Part shown: piece after piece, positions 10,216 to 21,020 of the stretch
How positions within the stretch are numbered: the first letter of the stretch is position 1
Layout: each line of letters opens with the position of its first letter
Source: Clostridiales bacterium
GTDB lineage: Bacteria > Bacillota > Clostridia > Monoglobales > JAIRYP01
Length of the DNA stretch: 64,000 nt
NCBI GenBank assembly: GCA_031267755.1
Contig: JAIRYP010000011.1
Location: 761-64,760 of the forward strand
Direction of reading: 5' to 3'
Notes under the pieces: generated by a model
Database searches by the model: none
The model's input: the letters and a program-made list of their open reading frames with translations, nothing else
Told to the model about the DNA's origin: nothing
Translations under genes and position numbers: made by a program

Positions 10216-10341
10216 CAAAAAACATTTCTCTCCTTTGTTTTTTATTTTTGTTCACAAAAGTATATTGCATTAAAATTATTTAGGAATTAAAAAATAATTG
10301 CAAAATTAAAATATTCTTTAATTACAAATAATATTGAAGAA

Positions 10342-11637
10342 TCATTCTAAAAACCCTTTATGAGTTTTTATAATCATCTGTGATTCTAGGTATCTAACCG
10401 TTTCAAGTGCCACTCCAACGACAATTAATAATGAAGTGCCTCCTACATTAAACCCATTAATTGAAATTTTTTTATTTAAAAATATTGGCAAAACAGCTAT
10501 AAATCCAAGAAATGTAGCACCAATTAATGTTATTTTAGACAAAACTTTTGAAATATAATCGGACGTCGAATGTCCCGGTCTAATTCCAGGAATAAAACCA
10601 CCACTTTTTTTCATATTATTGGAAATTTCAATGGGATTAAACTGAATGCTTGCATAAAAATACGTAAAAAATACTATAAGAAAAAAATATACGATACCAT
10701 AAAACCATGAATTTGGAGACAACACTTTTAAGAGTTTACACCAAAAACTTTCTTTTTTCAAATTAACGCCAAACAATTGAGAAATCGTGCTAGGAAACAA
10801 CATTATAGACATCGCAAATATTATTGGAGTAACTCCCGCTGATGAAATTTTAATTGGTATGTGAGCATTTTGTCCTTCATACATCTTTCTTCCTACAATT
10901 CGTTTTGCATATTTTACTAAAATTCGTCTTTCTGCTTCATTCATAAGCACAACAAATGTTGTAACTAAAATCGAAGCTAATAAAATCAAATTCACATTTG
11001 TAATTGCTATAGCTTTATTTTTTGAATCCTTCACAAAATTATACAACACACCAGCCATTGAAGGCATACGTGAAACAATACCTGAAAAAATTATCAAAGA
11101 AACACCATTACCGATTCCTTTTTCGGTGATTCTCTCACCAAGCCACATTAAAAAAGCTGTACCAGCACAAAAAGAAATAACAATAGTTACAATATTCAAA
11201 AATTCTGTTTTGACCACGATGCCATAAGTTTTCAACAAGTAGTATATTCCAATACCTTGAATAAAGGCAAGTAAAATTGTCACAAATCTTTGTAACTGAA
11301 AAATTTTTTTTCTTCCATTAATACTATCCTTTTGTAATCTTTCAAGCGCAGGAATCGCAACACTTAAAAGTTGAACTATTATGGAGGCATTTATGTAAGG
11401 ACTTATCCCCATGGCAAAAATAGTAGCATTGCTAAAAGCACCACCTGAAAATAAATCCATAAGACTAAAAACAGTATTGCCTTGACCTAAGCTTAAAAAA
11501 CTTTTTAAAATGCCAGTATCAACAAGCGGAACAGGAATGTAACTACAAAATCTAAAAATCACTAAAAGAACTATTGTGCACCAAACTTTTTTTTTAACCT
11601 CTGGAAATTTCCATGCATTTTTAGCAACTTCAAACAT
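10342..11637 (-). CDS. secY: Preprotein translocase subunit SecY
   Basis: 431 aa, 10-TM-like profile. Canonical position after rplO. Its ATG abuts the rplO stop. Confidence 0.95.
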   Translation of the reverse strand: MFEVAKNAWKFPEVKKKVWCTIVLLVIFRFCSYIPVPLVDTGILKSFLSLGQGNTVFSLMDLFSGGAFSNATIFAMGISPYINASIIVQLLSVAIPALERLQKDSINGRKKIFQLQRFVTILLAFIQGIGIYYLLKTYGIVVKTEFLNIVTIVISFCAGTAFLMWLGERITEKGIGNGVSLIIFSGIVSRMPSMAGVLYNFVKDSKNKAIAITNVNLILLASILVTTFVVLMNEAERRILVKYAKRIVGRKMYEGQNAHIPIKISSAGVTPIIFAMSIMLFPSTISQLFGVNLKKESFWCKLLKVLSPNSWFYGIVYFFLIVFFTYFYASIQFNPIEISNNMKKSGGFIPGIRPGHSTSDYISKVLSKITLIGATFLGFIAVLPIFLNKKISINGFNVGGTSLLIVVGVALETVRYLESQMIIKTHKGFLE

Positions 11638-12081
11638 TTAAAAATTTTCCTCCACTTTCCCACCTGCTGCAATTATCTTCGATTTTGCGGATTCACTACA
11701 TCTCTTCACTCTCAAGATAATTTTTTTCGTAATTTCACCACGCCCCAACACTACAACACCATCTTTAATTTTTGAAACAATGCCAGATTCTTTAAGACTA
11801 TTTTCAGTTATTTCAGAATTTTCTTCGAAAACATTAAGTTTTTCAACGTCCACGATTACATATTTCTTAGAAAATATATTAGTAAAACCACGCTTTGGAA
11901 GTCTTCTGTGTAAAGGCATTTGGCCACCTTCAAACCCACGTCTCACTCCGCCACCAGATCGTGAATTTTGTCCTTTTTGCCCTTTGCCACACGTTTTCCC
12001 ATTGCCACTACCTTCTCCTCTTCCAACTCTATTTCTTTTTTTTTTGTCATCCAATCCTTTAAATAAATCATCAAATTTCAT
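11638..12081 (-). CDS. rplO: 50S ribosomal protein L15
   Basis: ORF 11638..12108. By homology the start is ATG 12081 (MKFDDLFKGLDDKKKRNRVGRGEGSGNGKT...). An AGAGGAG SD sits 14 nt upstream, so the start is somewhat uncertain. Confidence 0.9.
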   Translation of the reverse strand: MKFDDLFKGLDDKKKRNRVGRGEGSGNGKTCGKGQKGQNSRSGGGVRRGFEGGQMPLHRRLPKRGFTNIFSKKYVIVDVEKLNVFEENSEITENSLKESGIVSKIKDGVVVLGRGEITKKIILRVKRCSESAKSKIIAAGGKVEENF

Positions 12082-12223
12082 TATATTAATTTCCACTCCT
12101 CTAAACATAAAATCAACACAATCGCTGTATACAAAATCTATTAATCATAAAGTTAACATTCTAAAATTTCAAAACATTTCTTTATTTTCCCATAAAAACA
12201 ATAAAAACCATGCGAAACATAAA

Positions 12224-12760
12224 TCAATTTTCTGCTAAAACTTTTTTAAAGAGCTTGCCTCTGAGTGCTAAAGCTTCATTTCTACTAATGAGCGATGCCA
12301 AAGCTTCAATAGTTGCACACACAACATTTTTGGGATTGTTCGATCTAAGACATTTTGTTCTGATATCTTTAATTCCGCAAAGTTCAACAACAGCTCTCAC
12401 AACATTTCCAGCAATAATCCCTGTTCCTCCCTTAGCAGGTTTCAACAAAACCCTTCCAGCACCATATTTTCCAATTACTTCATGTGGAATTGTTGCTCCA
12501 TATATAGGAACTTCAATCATATTTTTTTTTGCTTTCTCAACACCTTTTCTTATAGCGTCAGTTATCTCCGCAGCCTTACCTGTACCACAACCAACGTGAC
12601 CGTTTTTATCACCTACAACTATTAAAGCACTAAATCTAAAATTTCTTCCGCCTTTTACAACTTTAGATACTCGATTTAGTGAAACAACCTTTTCCATTAC
12701 TTCAATTTTACCTTTTTCAATATGTTCCTGTATTTTTTTTCTTACACCACTTTCGACCAA
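12224..12760 (-). CDS. rpsE: 30S ribosomal protein S5
   Basis: ORF 12224..12790. SD GAAGGGGGA precedes TTG at 12760. Core [29 protein letters not shown] is typical of S5. Confidence 0.9.
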   Translation of the reverse strand: MVESGVRKKIQEHIEKGKIEVMEKVVSLNRVSKVVKGGRNFRFSALIVVGDKNGHVGCGTGKAAEITDAIRKGVEKAKKNMIEVPIYGATIPHEVIGKYGAGRVLLKPAKGGTGIIAGNVVRAVVELCGIKDIRTKCLRSNNPKNVVCATIEALASLISRNEALALRGKLFKKVLAEN

Positions 12761-12856
12761 AATTATTCCCCCTTCAACTTCTGAACCCAATCTCCTAAAC
12801 TATTCAACTAAACTTAAAATACTTTCACGAAAATTTATAAAATGAAAATTTAGAAA

Positions 12857-13219
12857 TTAAAACTCCAAAAATTCCCGTGCACCTTCTGCAAGCTCAGCAA
12901 CTCTTCCGTGATAAATATATCCGTTTCTATCAAATACCACACGTTTAATTCCAAGTTTTGTAGCTTTAGCGCCAATCATTTTTCCAATTAATTTTGCTGC
13001 TACTTTATTACCACCATATAAACTTTTATCAAAATCTCTATCCGAACTCGAAGCGCTTACAAGTGTCTCACCGCGCTCATCATCAATTAATTGAACGTAA
13101 ATATGTTTTAAACTTTTAAAAACACAAAGTCTTGGACGTTTTTCATCGCCTGAAAATTTCTTTCTTGCACTTTTATGTCGCAACTTTCTCGCCTTATTTT
13201 TATTTTTTTCTATAATCAT
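12857..13219 (-). CDS. rplR: 50S ribosomal protein L18
   Basis: 120 aa. RPRLCVFKSLKHIYVQLIDD...GYIYHGRVAELAEGARE. Confidence 0.95.
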   Translation of the reverse strand: MIIEKNKNKARKLRHKSARKKFSGDEKRPRLCVFKSLKHIYVQLIDDERGETLVSASSSDRDFDKSLYGGNKVAAKLIGKMIGAKATKLGIKRVVFDRNGYIYHGRVAELAEGAREFLEF

Positions 13220-13306
13220 TAAAGTCTCCGGATTTTATAAAAAATTTCCTCACACATAAAGTACAACAAAATCCTTCATATGTCACAAAATTTTTATAGT
13301 CAAAAT

Positions 13307-13858
13307 TTATTGCTTTTTTTTAGAACCTGACTTTCCAACTTTTCTTCTAATAACTTCATCTGAATAAATGATGCCCCTTCCTTTATAAGGTTCTGGTGGT
13401 TTTTGCTTTCTAATTTTTGCCGCAAAATCTCCAACTTCTTGTTTGCTAATACCAAAAACAACAATGCGATTTGGAGAAGGTAATTCAACAGAAATATTTT
13501 CAGGAATTTCCAACACTACTAAATGAGAAAAACCAAGAGTTAAAGTTAAAATATTGCCATTTATGCTTGCTTTGTAACCAACACCGTTTATTATAAGCTC
13601 TTTTCTAAAACCTTTATAAACTCCAATTATTATGTTGTTTAATGCAGTTCTAGTAGTTCCATGAAGTGATTTATGCTTTTTGCTATCTGATAGCCTTTTA
13701 ACCGTTATTCTATTTTTTATTATTGTAACAATCATCTCATTATGAAAAATATATTTTTGTGAATTGCCAAGTGGTCCCTTAGCCGTTATAGAATTGTCTT
13801 CAATACACACACTTACTCCATGTGGAATTTCTATAAGTTTATTCCCAATTCGTGACAT
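13307..13858 (-). CDS. rplF: 50S ribosomal protein L6
   Basis: 183 aa. MSRIGNKLIEIPHGVSV... C-terminal PEPYKGRGI. Confidence 0.95.
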   Translation of the reverse strand: MSRIGNKLIEIPHGVSVCIEDNSITAKGPLGNSQKYIFHNEMIVTIIKNRITVKRLSDSKKHKSLHGTTRTALNNIIIGVYKGFRKELIINGVGYKASINGNILTLTLGFSHLVVLEIPENISVELPSPNRIVVFGISKQEVGDFAAKIRKQKPPEPYKGRGIIYSDEVIRRKVGKSGSKKKQ

Positions 13859-13873
13859 AAAAATAACTCCTTT

Positions 13874-14272
13874 TTACCAAATAAAGGCAAGTATCTCTCC
13901 ACCTATATTCTGCTTACGCGCTTCTTTATCAATAAGTATTCCTTTAGAAGTTGATACAATTGCAATGCCTAAACCTTTTAATACATACGGTAAATTAAAT
14001 CTTGAAACATAAAGTCGACGTCCTGGTTTGCTCACCCTTTTGAGACCCTTTAAAACTCTTTTTTTATTATCCAAATATTTAAGACTAATTCTTATAACGC
14101 CCTGTACGTTTTCATTTAAATATTCTACTTTTTTAATAAAACCTTGTTCAAACAAAATTTGCGCAATAGCTTTTTTTAATTTCGAAGAAGGTATATCAAC
14201 TATTTTATGTCTAGATAAATTTGCATTTCTAATTCTTGTCAACATATCACTTACCGGATCCGTAACTTGCAC
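13874..14272 (-). CDS. rpsH: 30S ribosomal protein S8
   Basis: 132 aa. GTG start with SD AAAGGAGA 8 nt upstream. [14 protein letters not shown] motif. Confidence 0.95.
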   Translation of the reverse strand: MQVTDPVSDMLTRIRNANLSRHKIVDIPSSKLKKAIAQILFEQGFIKKVEYLNENVQGVIRISLKYLDNKKRVLKGLKRVSKPGRRLYVSRFNLPYVLKGLGIAIVSTSKGILIDKEARKQNIGGEILAFIW

Positions 14273-14332
14273 AGAACAAATCTCCTTTCAATCTTAAATA
14301 TTTTAAACAAAACAATTAAATTTGAAACAACT

Positions 14333-14518
14333 TCACCAAGAAGCTTTCATTACACCTGGAATATAACCTTTATAAGCTAATTCTCTAAAACATATTCTAC
14401 ATACTCCAAATTTTCTCATATATGCATGCGGTCTTCCACATATTCTACACCTACTATAATTTTGCGTTGAATATTTTTGCGGTCTTTGCTGCTTTATAAT
14501 TAAAGATTTTTTTGCCAC
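14333..14518 (-). CDS. rpsN: 30S ribosomal protein S14 type Z (Cys4)
   Basis: 61 aa. GTG start. [23 protein letters not shown] zinc motif. Confidence 0.95.
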   Translation of the reverse strand: MAKKSLIIKQQRPQKYSTQNYSRCRICGRPHAYMRKFGVCRICFRELAYKGYIPGVMKASW

Positions 14519-14557
14519 CCAACTATCCCCAACCTTTGCTTAAAAAATATTAAAAAA

Positions 14558-15094
14558 TCAGCTTTTAAACGGAAAACCTAAAAAAGTAAAAAGTTCTTTT
14601 GCTTCCTTATCGTTTAAAGCGCTTGTAACAAAAACAATGTCCATACCGCGAATTTTATCAATTTTATCATACTCAATTTCAGGAAACACTATATGTTCTT
14701 TAATTCCAAAACAATAATTACCTCGCCCATCAAACGAATTAGGATTAATACCTCTAAAATCACGCACCCTAGGCACAGCAATATTTATTAATCTGTCGAT
14801 AAACTCATACATCAAATGTTTACGAAGTGTAACCTTACAACCAATGTTCATCCCTCGCCTTAATTTAAAAGCTGCAACAGATACTTTAGCTTTTGTAACT
14901 ACAGGTTTCTGACCAACGATTTTCGCTAAATCACTTGATGCATTTTCAATAGCCTTCGAATTTTCTTTAGCATCACCAACACCCATATTGATAACAACTT
15001 TGACAATCTTAGGAATTTGCATAACATTCTTATATTTAAATTTTTTTAACATTGCAGGACAAACTTCTTTTTTGTAACGTTCTTCAAGCCTCAT
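14558..15094 (-). CDS. rplE: 50S ribosomal protein L5
   Basis: ORF 14558..15097 (TTG). ATG 15094 lies 6 nt after [17 protein letters not shown]... Confidence 0.95.
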   Translation of the reverse strand: MRLEERYKKEVCPAMLKKFKYKNVMQIPKIVKVVINMGVGDAKENSKAIENASSDLAKIVGQKPVVTKAKVSVAAFKLRRGMNIGCKVTLRKHLMYEFIDRLINIAVPRVRDFRGINPNSFDGRGNYCFGIKEHIVFPEIEYDKIDKIRGMDIVFVTSALNDKEAKELFTFLGFPFKS

Positions 15095-15112
15095 CAAACA
15101 TTCCCCAAATTT

Positions 15113-15463
15113 CTAATTATTATAATTCTCATTACATTTTTTGCAATAGCGAACATGTTTATTATTTTCAATAATTCTTCTTCCAATTCTTGAAGGCACT
15201 CCGCATTTTGGACAAACATTCATAACTTTGCACGCAAAAATTGGTGTTTCTTTTTTTATAATTCCACCAACTTCTCCTGATTTTTTTGGTTTTTTATGTT
15301 TAGTAGCAAGTGAAATACCTTCAACAATTACCTTTTTTTCATATCTATTAACAGATAAAATTTTCCCTCTTTTACCACAATATTTACCAGTTAAAACAAC
15401 AACCACATCTCCTGTTTTAACATGTAATTTTTTAGAAATTTTTTCAGGATTATATTTAATCAC
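15113..15463 (-). CDS. rplX: 50S ribosomal protein L24 with C-terminal Cys4 zinc-ribbon motif
   Basis: 116 aa. GTG start with SD GAGGTG 7 nt upstream. KOW motif VKTGDVVVVLTGKYCGKRGKI. CPKC-x19-CKKC near the C-terminus. Confidence 0.95.
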   Translation of the reverse strand: MIKYNPEKISKKLHVKTGDVVVVLTGKYCGKRGKILSVNRYEKKVIVEGISLATKHKKPKKSGEVGGIIKKETPIFACKVMNVCPKCGVPSRIGRRIIENNKHVRYCKKCNENYNN

Positions 15464-15522
15464 TTATACACACCTCACGAATTACTTTTAACAAAGAATA
15501 ACCATAATATAAATTTAAATTA

Positions 15523-15888
15523 TTAAATAACTTCAGGTGCAAGAGACGCAATTTTTAAAAATTTAGCTTTAATCTCTCGTGTAACAGGACCAAAAATTCG
15601 CGTGCCTCTCGGCATTCCGTCATTATTTATTAACACAACTGCATTTTCACCAAAACTTATTATAGATCCATCATCCCTTTTAAAGTTACTCACACATCTT
15701 ACTATAACACCTTTTACCACATCTCCTTTTTTAACCATTCCCTTGGGAATCGATTTTTTAACTGAAGCGACAATAACATCGCCTATTCTCCCATATCTTC
15801 TTTTGGATCCACCCAAAACCCTTATGCACATTACAATCTTTGCACCAGTGTTATCTGCAACCTTAAGTTGTGTTTGTTGTTGAATCAA
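15523..15888 (-). CDS. rplN: 50S ribosomal protein L14
   Basis: ORF 15523..15903. By homology the start is TTG 15888 ([18 protein letters not shown]), preceded by GAGGGA 7 nt upstream. Confidence 0.95.
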   Translation of the reverse strand: MIQQQTQLKVADNTGAKIVMCIRVLGGSKRRYGRIGDVIVASVKKSIPKGMVKKGDVVKGVIVRCVSNFKRDDGSIISFGENAVVLINNDGMPRGTRIFGPVTREIKAKFLKIASLAPEVI

Positions 15889-15937
15889 TTTTTTATCCCT
15901 CATTTCACATTTTAAAAATTAAATTTATGAAATCTAT

Positions 15938-16213
15938 TTAATTTGTTTGCAAAATCTCAATCAATTTCCATCTTTTTTCTTTAGATAAAGGACGAGTTTC
16001 CATTACTTTTACTTTATCTCCGATCTTACATTGATTGTTTTGGTCATGTGCTTTTAGCTTATATGTTTTTTTCACAACCTTCCCATAGATCGGGTGTTTT
16101 GTTCTTCTTATTACTTCTACAACAATTGTTTTTTCCATTTTATTGCTCAAAACTATACCTACCAATACCTTGCGAACTTTTCTTGCTATAACATTTTTAT
16201 TTTCTTGATTCAT
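15938..16213 (-). CDS. rpsQ: 30S ribosomal protein S17
   Basis: ORF 15938..16234. Start probably ATG 16213 (MNQENKN...), after a purine-rich [27 protein letters not shown] core. The start is uncertain. Confidence 0.9.
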   Translation of the reverse strand: MNQENKNVIARKVRKVLVGIVLSNKMEKTIVVEVIRRTKHPIYGKVVKKTYKLKAHDQNNQCKIGDKVKVMETRPLSKEKRWKLIEILQTN

Positions 16214-16260
16214 AACTCTCTCTTTCATTCTCAAATACTTAAATTGAAATAATTAAGACA

Positions 16261-16470
16261 TTAACAAACAATTTCCTTTGATTTTAACAGAGTTAGCAAT
16301 AATGCAATCGTTTTCTTAATTTTACAAATTTGCATAGGATTAATTAATTGATTCATGCTTTTTTGGCATCGCAAATTAAAAAGTTTTTTTTTAAGTTCAA
16401 AAACTTTCTCAATAATCTCTTGATTCGTAAGTTTTTGAAATTCTTCCTTTTCATTTTTTTTCAATATCAT
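16261..16470 (-). CDS. rpmC: 50S ribosomal protein L29
   Basis: ORF 16261..16494. Start is ATG 16470 or TTG 16464 (SD AGGTGA). It overlaps the 3' end of rpl[22 protein letters not shown] matches the L29 core. Confidence 0.85.
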   Translation of the reverse strand: MILKKNEKEEFQKLTNQEIIEKVFELKKKLFNLRCQKSMNQLINPMQICKIKKTIALLLTLLKSKEIVC

Positions 16471-16900
16471 CACCTGCCAACAAAACTTTGTCATTCTTTT
16501 TTGTAATAAATTTACATTTTACCGGTAGTTTATGTGAAGCAAGACGCATCGCTTCTTTTGCAACATCTTCAGCAACACCACCAATTTCAAATAAAACACG
16601 TCCCGGTTTCACTACAGCAACCCAAAATTCCGGAGGTCCTTTACCTTTTCCCATACGAGTTTCAGCAGGTCTTTGTGTTACAGGCTTATCAGGAAAAATT
16701 TTAATCCATACTTTACCGCCTCGTTTTATATGCCTTGTCATAGCAATCCTTGCCGATTCAATTTGATTGCTTTTAATCCACGAAGGAGCCAATGCTTGGA
16801 GACCATATTCACCGTCTGTAACTTTATTGCCTCGTCTCGCTTTTCCTTTAAGACGTCCTCTCATAACTTTTCTATGTTTAGTTCTTTTAGGTATTAACAT
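16451..16900 (-). CDS. rplP: 50S ribosomal protein L16
   Basis: 149 aa. [19 protein letters not shown]... Confidence 0.95.
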   Translation of the reverse strand: MLIPKRTKHRKVMRGRLKGKARRGNKVTDGEYGLQALAPSWIKSNQIESARIAMTRHIKRGGKVWIKIFPDKPVTQRPAETRMGKGKGPPEFWVAVVKPGRVLFEIGGVAEDVAKEAMRLASHKLPVKCKFITKKNDKVLLAGDDIEKK

Positions 16901-17588
16901 TATTTGTCACTACTTTCTCTAAAGGCATATTTTTGTTTTGCTCAATTTTCGTTGAGCTTTTGGAAAAAACCTCGCCCTTATAAATCCAAACTTTTACACC
17001 AATTTTTCCGTACGTTGTATCGGCTTCAGCAAAACCGTACTCTATATCCGCTCTCAACGTTTGAAGAGGTATTGTGCCTTCATGATAGTGCTCGCTTCTC
17101 GCAATTTCTACTCCACCCAAACGACCCGAAACCATTATTTTAACACCTTTTGCACCTGATCTTACGATTCTTGCAATAGATTGTTTCACAGCTTTTCTAT
17201 ACGGTATACGTCTTTCAAGTTGTGATGCAACATTTTCGCTTACAAGTTGTGCATTCATATCGGGATTTTTAATTTCTATTACACTAAGCGCAATCGTTTT
17301 TGAAGTAATTTTACTAATACCGGCCTTTAATTTATCAATTTCAGAACCATTACGTCCTATTACAACACCTGGCTTAAAGGTATGAATAATAATTCGCACT
17401 TTATCTGTGGTTTTTTCAATTTCTGTATTAGCAATTCCACACAAAGGCAATCTTTCTTTAATAAAATTTCTAATTTTACAATCTTCAAGCAAGTTATCGC
17501 CAAATTTACAATTTGGAACAAACCAACGAGAATTCCAATTTTTTATCCCCCCAAGTCTTAATCCAAGTGGATGAACTTTTTGTCCCAT
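16887..17588 (-). CDS. rpsC: 30S ribosomal protein S3
   Basis: 233 aa. [13 protein letters not shown]... KH domain. Overlaps the rplP start by 14 nt. Confidence 0.95.
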   Translation of the reverse strand: MGQKVHPLGLRLGGIKNWNSRWFVPNCKFGDNLLEDCKIRNFIKERLPLCGIANTEIEKTTDKVRIIIHTFKPGVVIGRNGSEIDKLKAGISKITSKTIALSVIEIKNPDMNAQLVSENVASQLERRIPYRKAVKQSIARIVRSGAKGVKIMVSGRLGGVEIARSEHYHEGTIPLQTLRADIEYGFAEADTTYGKIGVKVWIYKGEVFSKSSTKIEQNKNMPLEKVVTNNVNT

Positions 17589-17603
17589 AATTTTGCTTCC
17601 TTT

Positions 17604-17957
17604 CTATCCATTTTTATCGTTATCTATTTTTTCTTTTAAAACAATCGTAATATGACTAGTTCGCTTATTTATTCTAGCCCCTCTTCCTTTTGCTCTTGGT
17701 TGCATTCTTTTAAGTATTGGTCCAGAATTTGCATAAATTTCACTGATATATAAACTCCCTGAATTCATACTGTGATTATTTTCAGCGTTTGCAACAGCCG
17801 ATTTAAGAAGTTTCAACAAAATTGGACTAGCAGCCTTTTGAACATTTTCCAAAATTGCACTAGCGATCGAAACATTTTTTTTTCGAATCAAATCTACAAC
17901 AATTTTAACTTTTCTTGGTGCAATGCGTACATGATTAACTTTCGCTTTGGCTAACAA
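17604..17957 (-). CDS. rplV: 50S ribosomal protein L22
   Basis: 117 aa. TTG start with SD GGTGAAGG upstream. [25 protein letters not shown]. Confidence 0.95.
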   Translation of the reverse strand: MLAKAKVNHVRIAPRKVKIVVDLIRKKNVSIASAILENVQKAASPILLKLLKSAVANAENNHSMNSGSLYISEIYANSGPILKRMQPRAKGRGARINKRTSHITIVLKEKIDNDKNG

Positions 17958-18059
17958 ATTATACCTTCACCACCTTCAATAAAAATATACAAATTTCAAA
18001 TAATTTCTTTTTTGTTCTATTCGAATTTAAGACTATAAATAATATTTTTATCACAAAAA

Positions 18060-18326
18060 TTAAGTTCTCTTGGTCGTATGCCCTTTAAAAGTTCTAGTGG
18101 GCGAAAATTCACCAAGTTTATGACCAACCATATCTTCAGTAACATAAATTGGAATAAACCTTCTACCATTATAAATTGCAAATGTATAACCAACAAACTC
18201 AGGTATAATGGTGCAAGAACGATTCCATACGTTTATAACCTTTTTGTCGCCCGAATCAATGTTTTTTTGAACTTTTTTAAGAATTTTTTCATCCACGTAA
18301 GGTCCTTTTTTTCTACTTCTACTCAC
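18060..18326 (-). CDS. rpsS: 30S ribosomal protein S19
   Basis: ORF 18060..18341. GTG 18326 lies 5 nt after GAAGGAGA and gives (M)[18 protein letters not shown], the canonical S19 N-terminus. Confidence 0.95.
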   Translation of the reverse strand: MSRSRKKGPYVDEKILKKVQKNIDSGDKKVINVWNRSCTIIPEFVGYTFAIYNGRRFIPIYVTEDMVGHKLGEFSPTRTFKGHTTKRT

Positions 18327-18508
18327 TTTTTTCTCCTTCAATAAATAAACTTTAACAAAAAATTTAAAATCTTTATTTATTTTTATTTCATGTCATTCCC
18401 TTAAAATGAAAACATTTTAAATATATAATCTCCATAATCCTCTTAAAAACATCATTTATAATTTTGTAATAAAATATAAAAAATTTATTTTTTCTTCGCA
18501 AACTAATT

Positions 18509-19345
18509 CTAATTACTTTTCTTTCTTCCTTTGATTATAAATTTACTAGATTTTTTCTTTTTATTTCTTGTTTTATAACCAAGTGTAGGTACACCCCAAG
18601 GCGTCACTGGACCAGGTTTTCCAATTGGCGATTTACCTTCACCGCCACCGTGTGGATGATCATTTGGATTCATTACAACTCCTCTAACACTTGGTCTAAA
18701 ACCCATATGACGCTTTCTTCCCGCTTTGCCAATTTTTATGTTTGCATGATCCACATTTCCAACTTGACCAATTGTTGCTTTACAATCTAGCGCAATCATT
18801 CTAACCTCGCCTGATGGAAGCTTAATTTGAGCATATTTACCTTCCTTTGCCATAAGCTGCGCTGTACTACCTGCGCTACGCACAAATTGTCCACCCCTGC
18901 CAGGATGTAATTCTATATTGTAAATCATTGTTCCTACCGGAATATTAAAAATTTTCAAAGAATTTCCAGATTTGATATCTGAATCTTGCCCACTAACTAC
19001 CGTATCACCAATCTTAAGTTCAAGAGGTGCTATGATATATCTTTTTTCTCCATCGCTATATTCAAGCAATGCAATAATCGAAGATCTGTTTGGATCATAT
19101 TGAAAAGATACAACTTTTGCTGGCATCTTGTCTTTATCTCTCTTAAAATCAATTATTCTATAATATCTTTTGCACCTTCCACCCCTGTGCCTTACAGTAA
19201 TTCTTCCATAAGAATTTCGTCCTGCATTGTTTTTAAGAATGTGAAGTAATGATTTCTCGGGTTTTTTTTCAATGGTTTTTTCATAATTGGCAACAGACAT
19301 ATTTCTGGTGCCTGGCGTTCTAGGCCTTATTTCTCTCAAAGCCAC
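18509..19345 (-). CDS. rplB: 50S ribosomal protein L2
   Basis: ORF 18509..19372. GTG 19345 lies 8 nt after AAAGGAG and gives (M)[15 protein letters not shown]..., matching the L2 N-terminus. [18 protein letters not shown]. Confidence 0.95.
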   Translation of the reverse strand: MALREIRPRTPGTRNMSVANYEKTIEKKPEKSLLHILKNNAGRNSYGRITVRHRGGRCKRYYRIIDFKRDKDKMPAKVVSFQYDPNRSSIIALLEYSDGEKRYIIAPLELKIGDTVVSGQDSDIKSGNSLKIFNIPVGTMIYNIELHPGRGGQFVRSAGSTAQLMAKEGKYAQIKLPSGEVRMIALDCKATIGQVGNVDHANIKIGKAGRKRHMGFRPSVRGVVMNPNDHPHGGGEGKSPIGKPGPVTPWGVPTLGYKTRNKKKKSSKFIIKGRKKSN

Positions 19346-19414
19346 ACTTAAACAACTCCTTTTACATATCAAAAAACGATTATACTTTAAACAAATGTTT
19401 AAACAATTCTGTTT

Positions 19415-19711
19415 TTAGTTTATACCTTCAAACAATTCAATAGTTTTACTTCCTGCTTTAAGCTTTACAAAAGCCTTTTTCCAATTTGAACGCATGCCAC
19501 GATTTTTGCCAACTTTTCTTGACTTGCCATTACAATTAATAGTGGTAACTTTGATAACATTCACATTGAATATATTCTCAATAGCTTCTTTTATTTGCAA
19601 CTTATTCGAATTTTTATCAACTTCAAAAGTATATTTTTTATTTGAAATTCCTTCCATATTTTTTTCTGTTATCAAAGGTCTTTTGATTATATTATAGTAC
19701 AACATGTTCAT
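19415..19711 (-). CDS. rplW: 50S ribosomal protein L23
   Basis: 98 aa. IIKRPLITEKNM motif. Its ATG overlaps the rplD stop (TAATG). Confidence 0.95.
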   Translation of the reverse strand: MNMLYYNIIKRPLITEKNMEGISNKKYTFEVDKNSNKLQIKEAIENIFNVNVIKVTTINCNGKSRKVGKNRGMRSNWKKAFVKLKAGSKTIELFEGIN

Positions 19712-20334
19712 TATACATATACCTCTTCAAGTTTTTGTAGAGCACTTTTAGTAATTATAAAAATTTTATGTTTCAATATTTCATACGTATTCATCATACC
19801 AACGAATGTTGTAGAAGCTTTACTTATGTTTCTGACTGAGTTAACGACCATTTTATCGTTTTTGTGTAAGACAAATAAAGCATCATTAGAAATTTTCAAA
19901 TTCTTAAACAAAATAGAGATACATCTTGTAGAAAAATTATTCAAAATCAAATTTTCTAAAACTATTATCTCATTTTCGGCAGCTTTAAGAGACAACGCAG
20001 ACATAAGCGCAAGGCGTTTAACTTTTTTATTTTTTTTATAAGAATAAACGCGAGGTTTAGGACCTAACGCAACCCCTCCACCTTTCCACTGTGGCGAACG
20101 AATACTACCTTGTCTTGCCCGTCCTGTGCCCTTTTGCCTCCACGGTTTTTTTCCGCCGCCTCTAACTTCGGAACGAGTTTTAGTAGACTGCGTACCTTGT
20201 CTCTGGTTTGCCAAAAAACTTAAAACTACCTCATGCATTGCATATTTATTTATTTCATTTCCAAATATCTTGTCAACGAGATTTATTTCTCCAATTATAT
20301 TTCCATCCATATTATACACGTTAGCTTGATGCAC
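19711..20334 (-). CDS. rplD: 50S ribosomal protein L4
   Basis: 207 aa. GTG start. NVYNMDGNIIGEINL and GGGKKPWRQKGTGRARQGS motifs. Confidence 0.95.
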   Translation of the reverse strand: MHQANVYNMDGNIIGEINLVDKIFGNEINKYAMHEVVLSFLANQRQGTQSTKTRSEVRGGGKKPWRQKGTGRARQGSIRSPQWKGGGVALGPKPRVYSYKKNKKVKRLALMSALSLKAAENEIIVLENLILNNFSTRCISILFKNLKISNDALFVLHKNDKMVVNSVRNISKASTTFVGMMNTYEILKHKIFIITKSALQKLEEVYV

Positions 20335-20352
20335 TTTACTTCTTCGCCTCCA

Positions 20353-20976
20353 TTATGCCACACATTTTTTTACGGCGTTTCTAATAACAACTAATCCATT
20401 TTTTGGCCCAGGAACACAACCTTTTACTAACAAAATATTTCGTTCGCAATCCACTCCCACAACAACAATGTTTTGTACTGTAATTTTTTTTCCACCCATA
20501 CGACCAGGCAATTTTTGCCCCTTAAAAACTCTTGCAGGATCAGCGATTGCTCCCATTGAACCTGCCTGTCTATGAAAACCGCTTCCGTGGCTCATGGGGC
20601 CTCTTTTATGACGATGTCTTTTAATAGTTCCAGCAAAACCTTTACCTTTCGAAATGGCACTAATATCAACCGCATCGCCAACCTCAAATTGGTTTAAAGT
20701 AATTTCGTCGCCAATGTTTAGTTCGGAAGAACCAGAAAAATTGAATTCTTTTACAAAACGCTTAAAAGAAACCCCTGCTTTATTAAAATGACCCTGCAGT
20801 GGCTTATTTACAAGTTTCTTTTTTTTATTTAAAAAACCAACTTGCACTCTGAACTCAGTTTTTTGAATTATCGAACATGGACCAGCCTCAATTGCAGTTA
20901 CAGCAATTAAATCTCCATTTTTCAAAAAAAATTGTGTCATTCCTACTTTTTTTCCAAGTATAATTTTAGTATTCAC
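20353..20976 (-). CDS. rplC: 50S ribosomal protein L3
   Basis: ORF 20353..21024. GTG 20976 follows GGAGGG and gives (M)NTKIILGKKVGMTQ, the canonical L3 start. Confidence 0.95.
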   Translation of the reverse strand: MNTKIILGKKVGMTQFFLKNGDLIAVTAIEAGPCSIIQKTEFRVQVGFLNKKKKLVNKPLQGHFNKAGVSFKRFVKEFNFSGSSELNIGDEITLNQFEVGDAVDISAISKGKGFAGTIKRHRHKRGPMSHGSGFHRQAGSMGAIADPARVFKGQKLPGRMGGKKITVQNIVVVGVDCERNILLVKGCVPGPKNGLVVIRNAVKKCVA

Positions 20977-21020
20977 AAACCCTCCAAAACTGCAAAAACT
21001 ACAAAACTTTTTACAAACTA

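Noticed and set aside
11780-12238. 152-aa Pro-rich plus-strand ORF
   Set aside because: It is the antisense mirror of the Gly-rich N-terminal region of L15 (GGN codons read as NCC). It has no SD.
13300-13488. 62-aa minus-strand ORF overlapping the rplF 3' end
   Set aside because: It is an alternative frame inside a confidently assigned L6 gene. It has no SD and low-complexity content.
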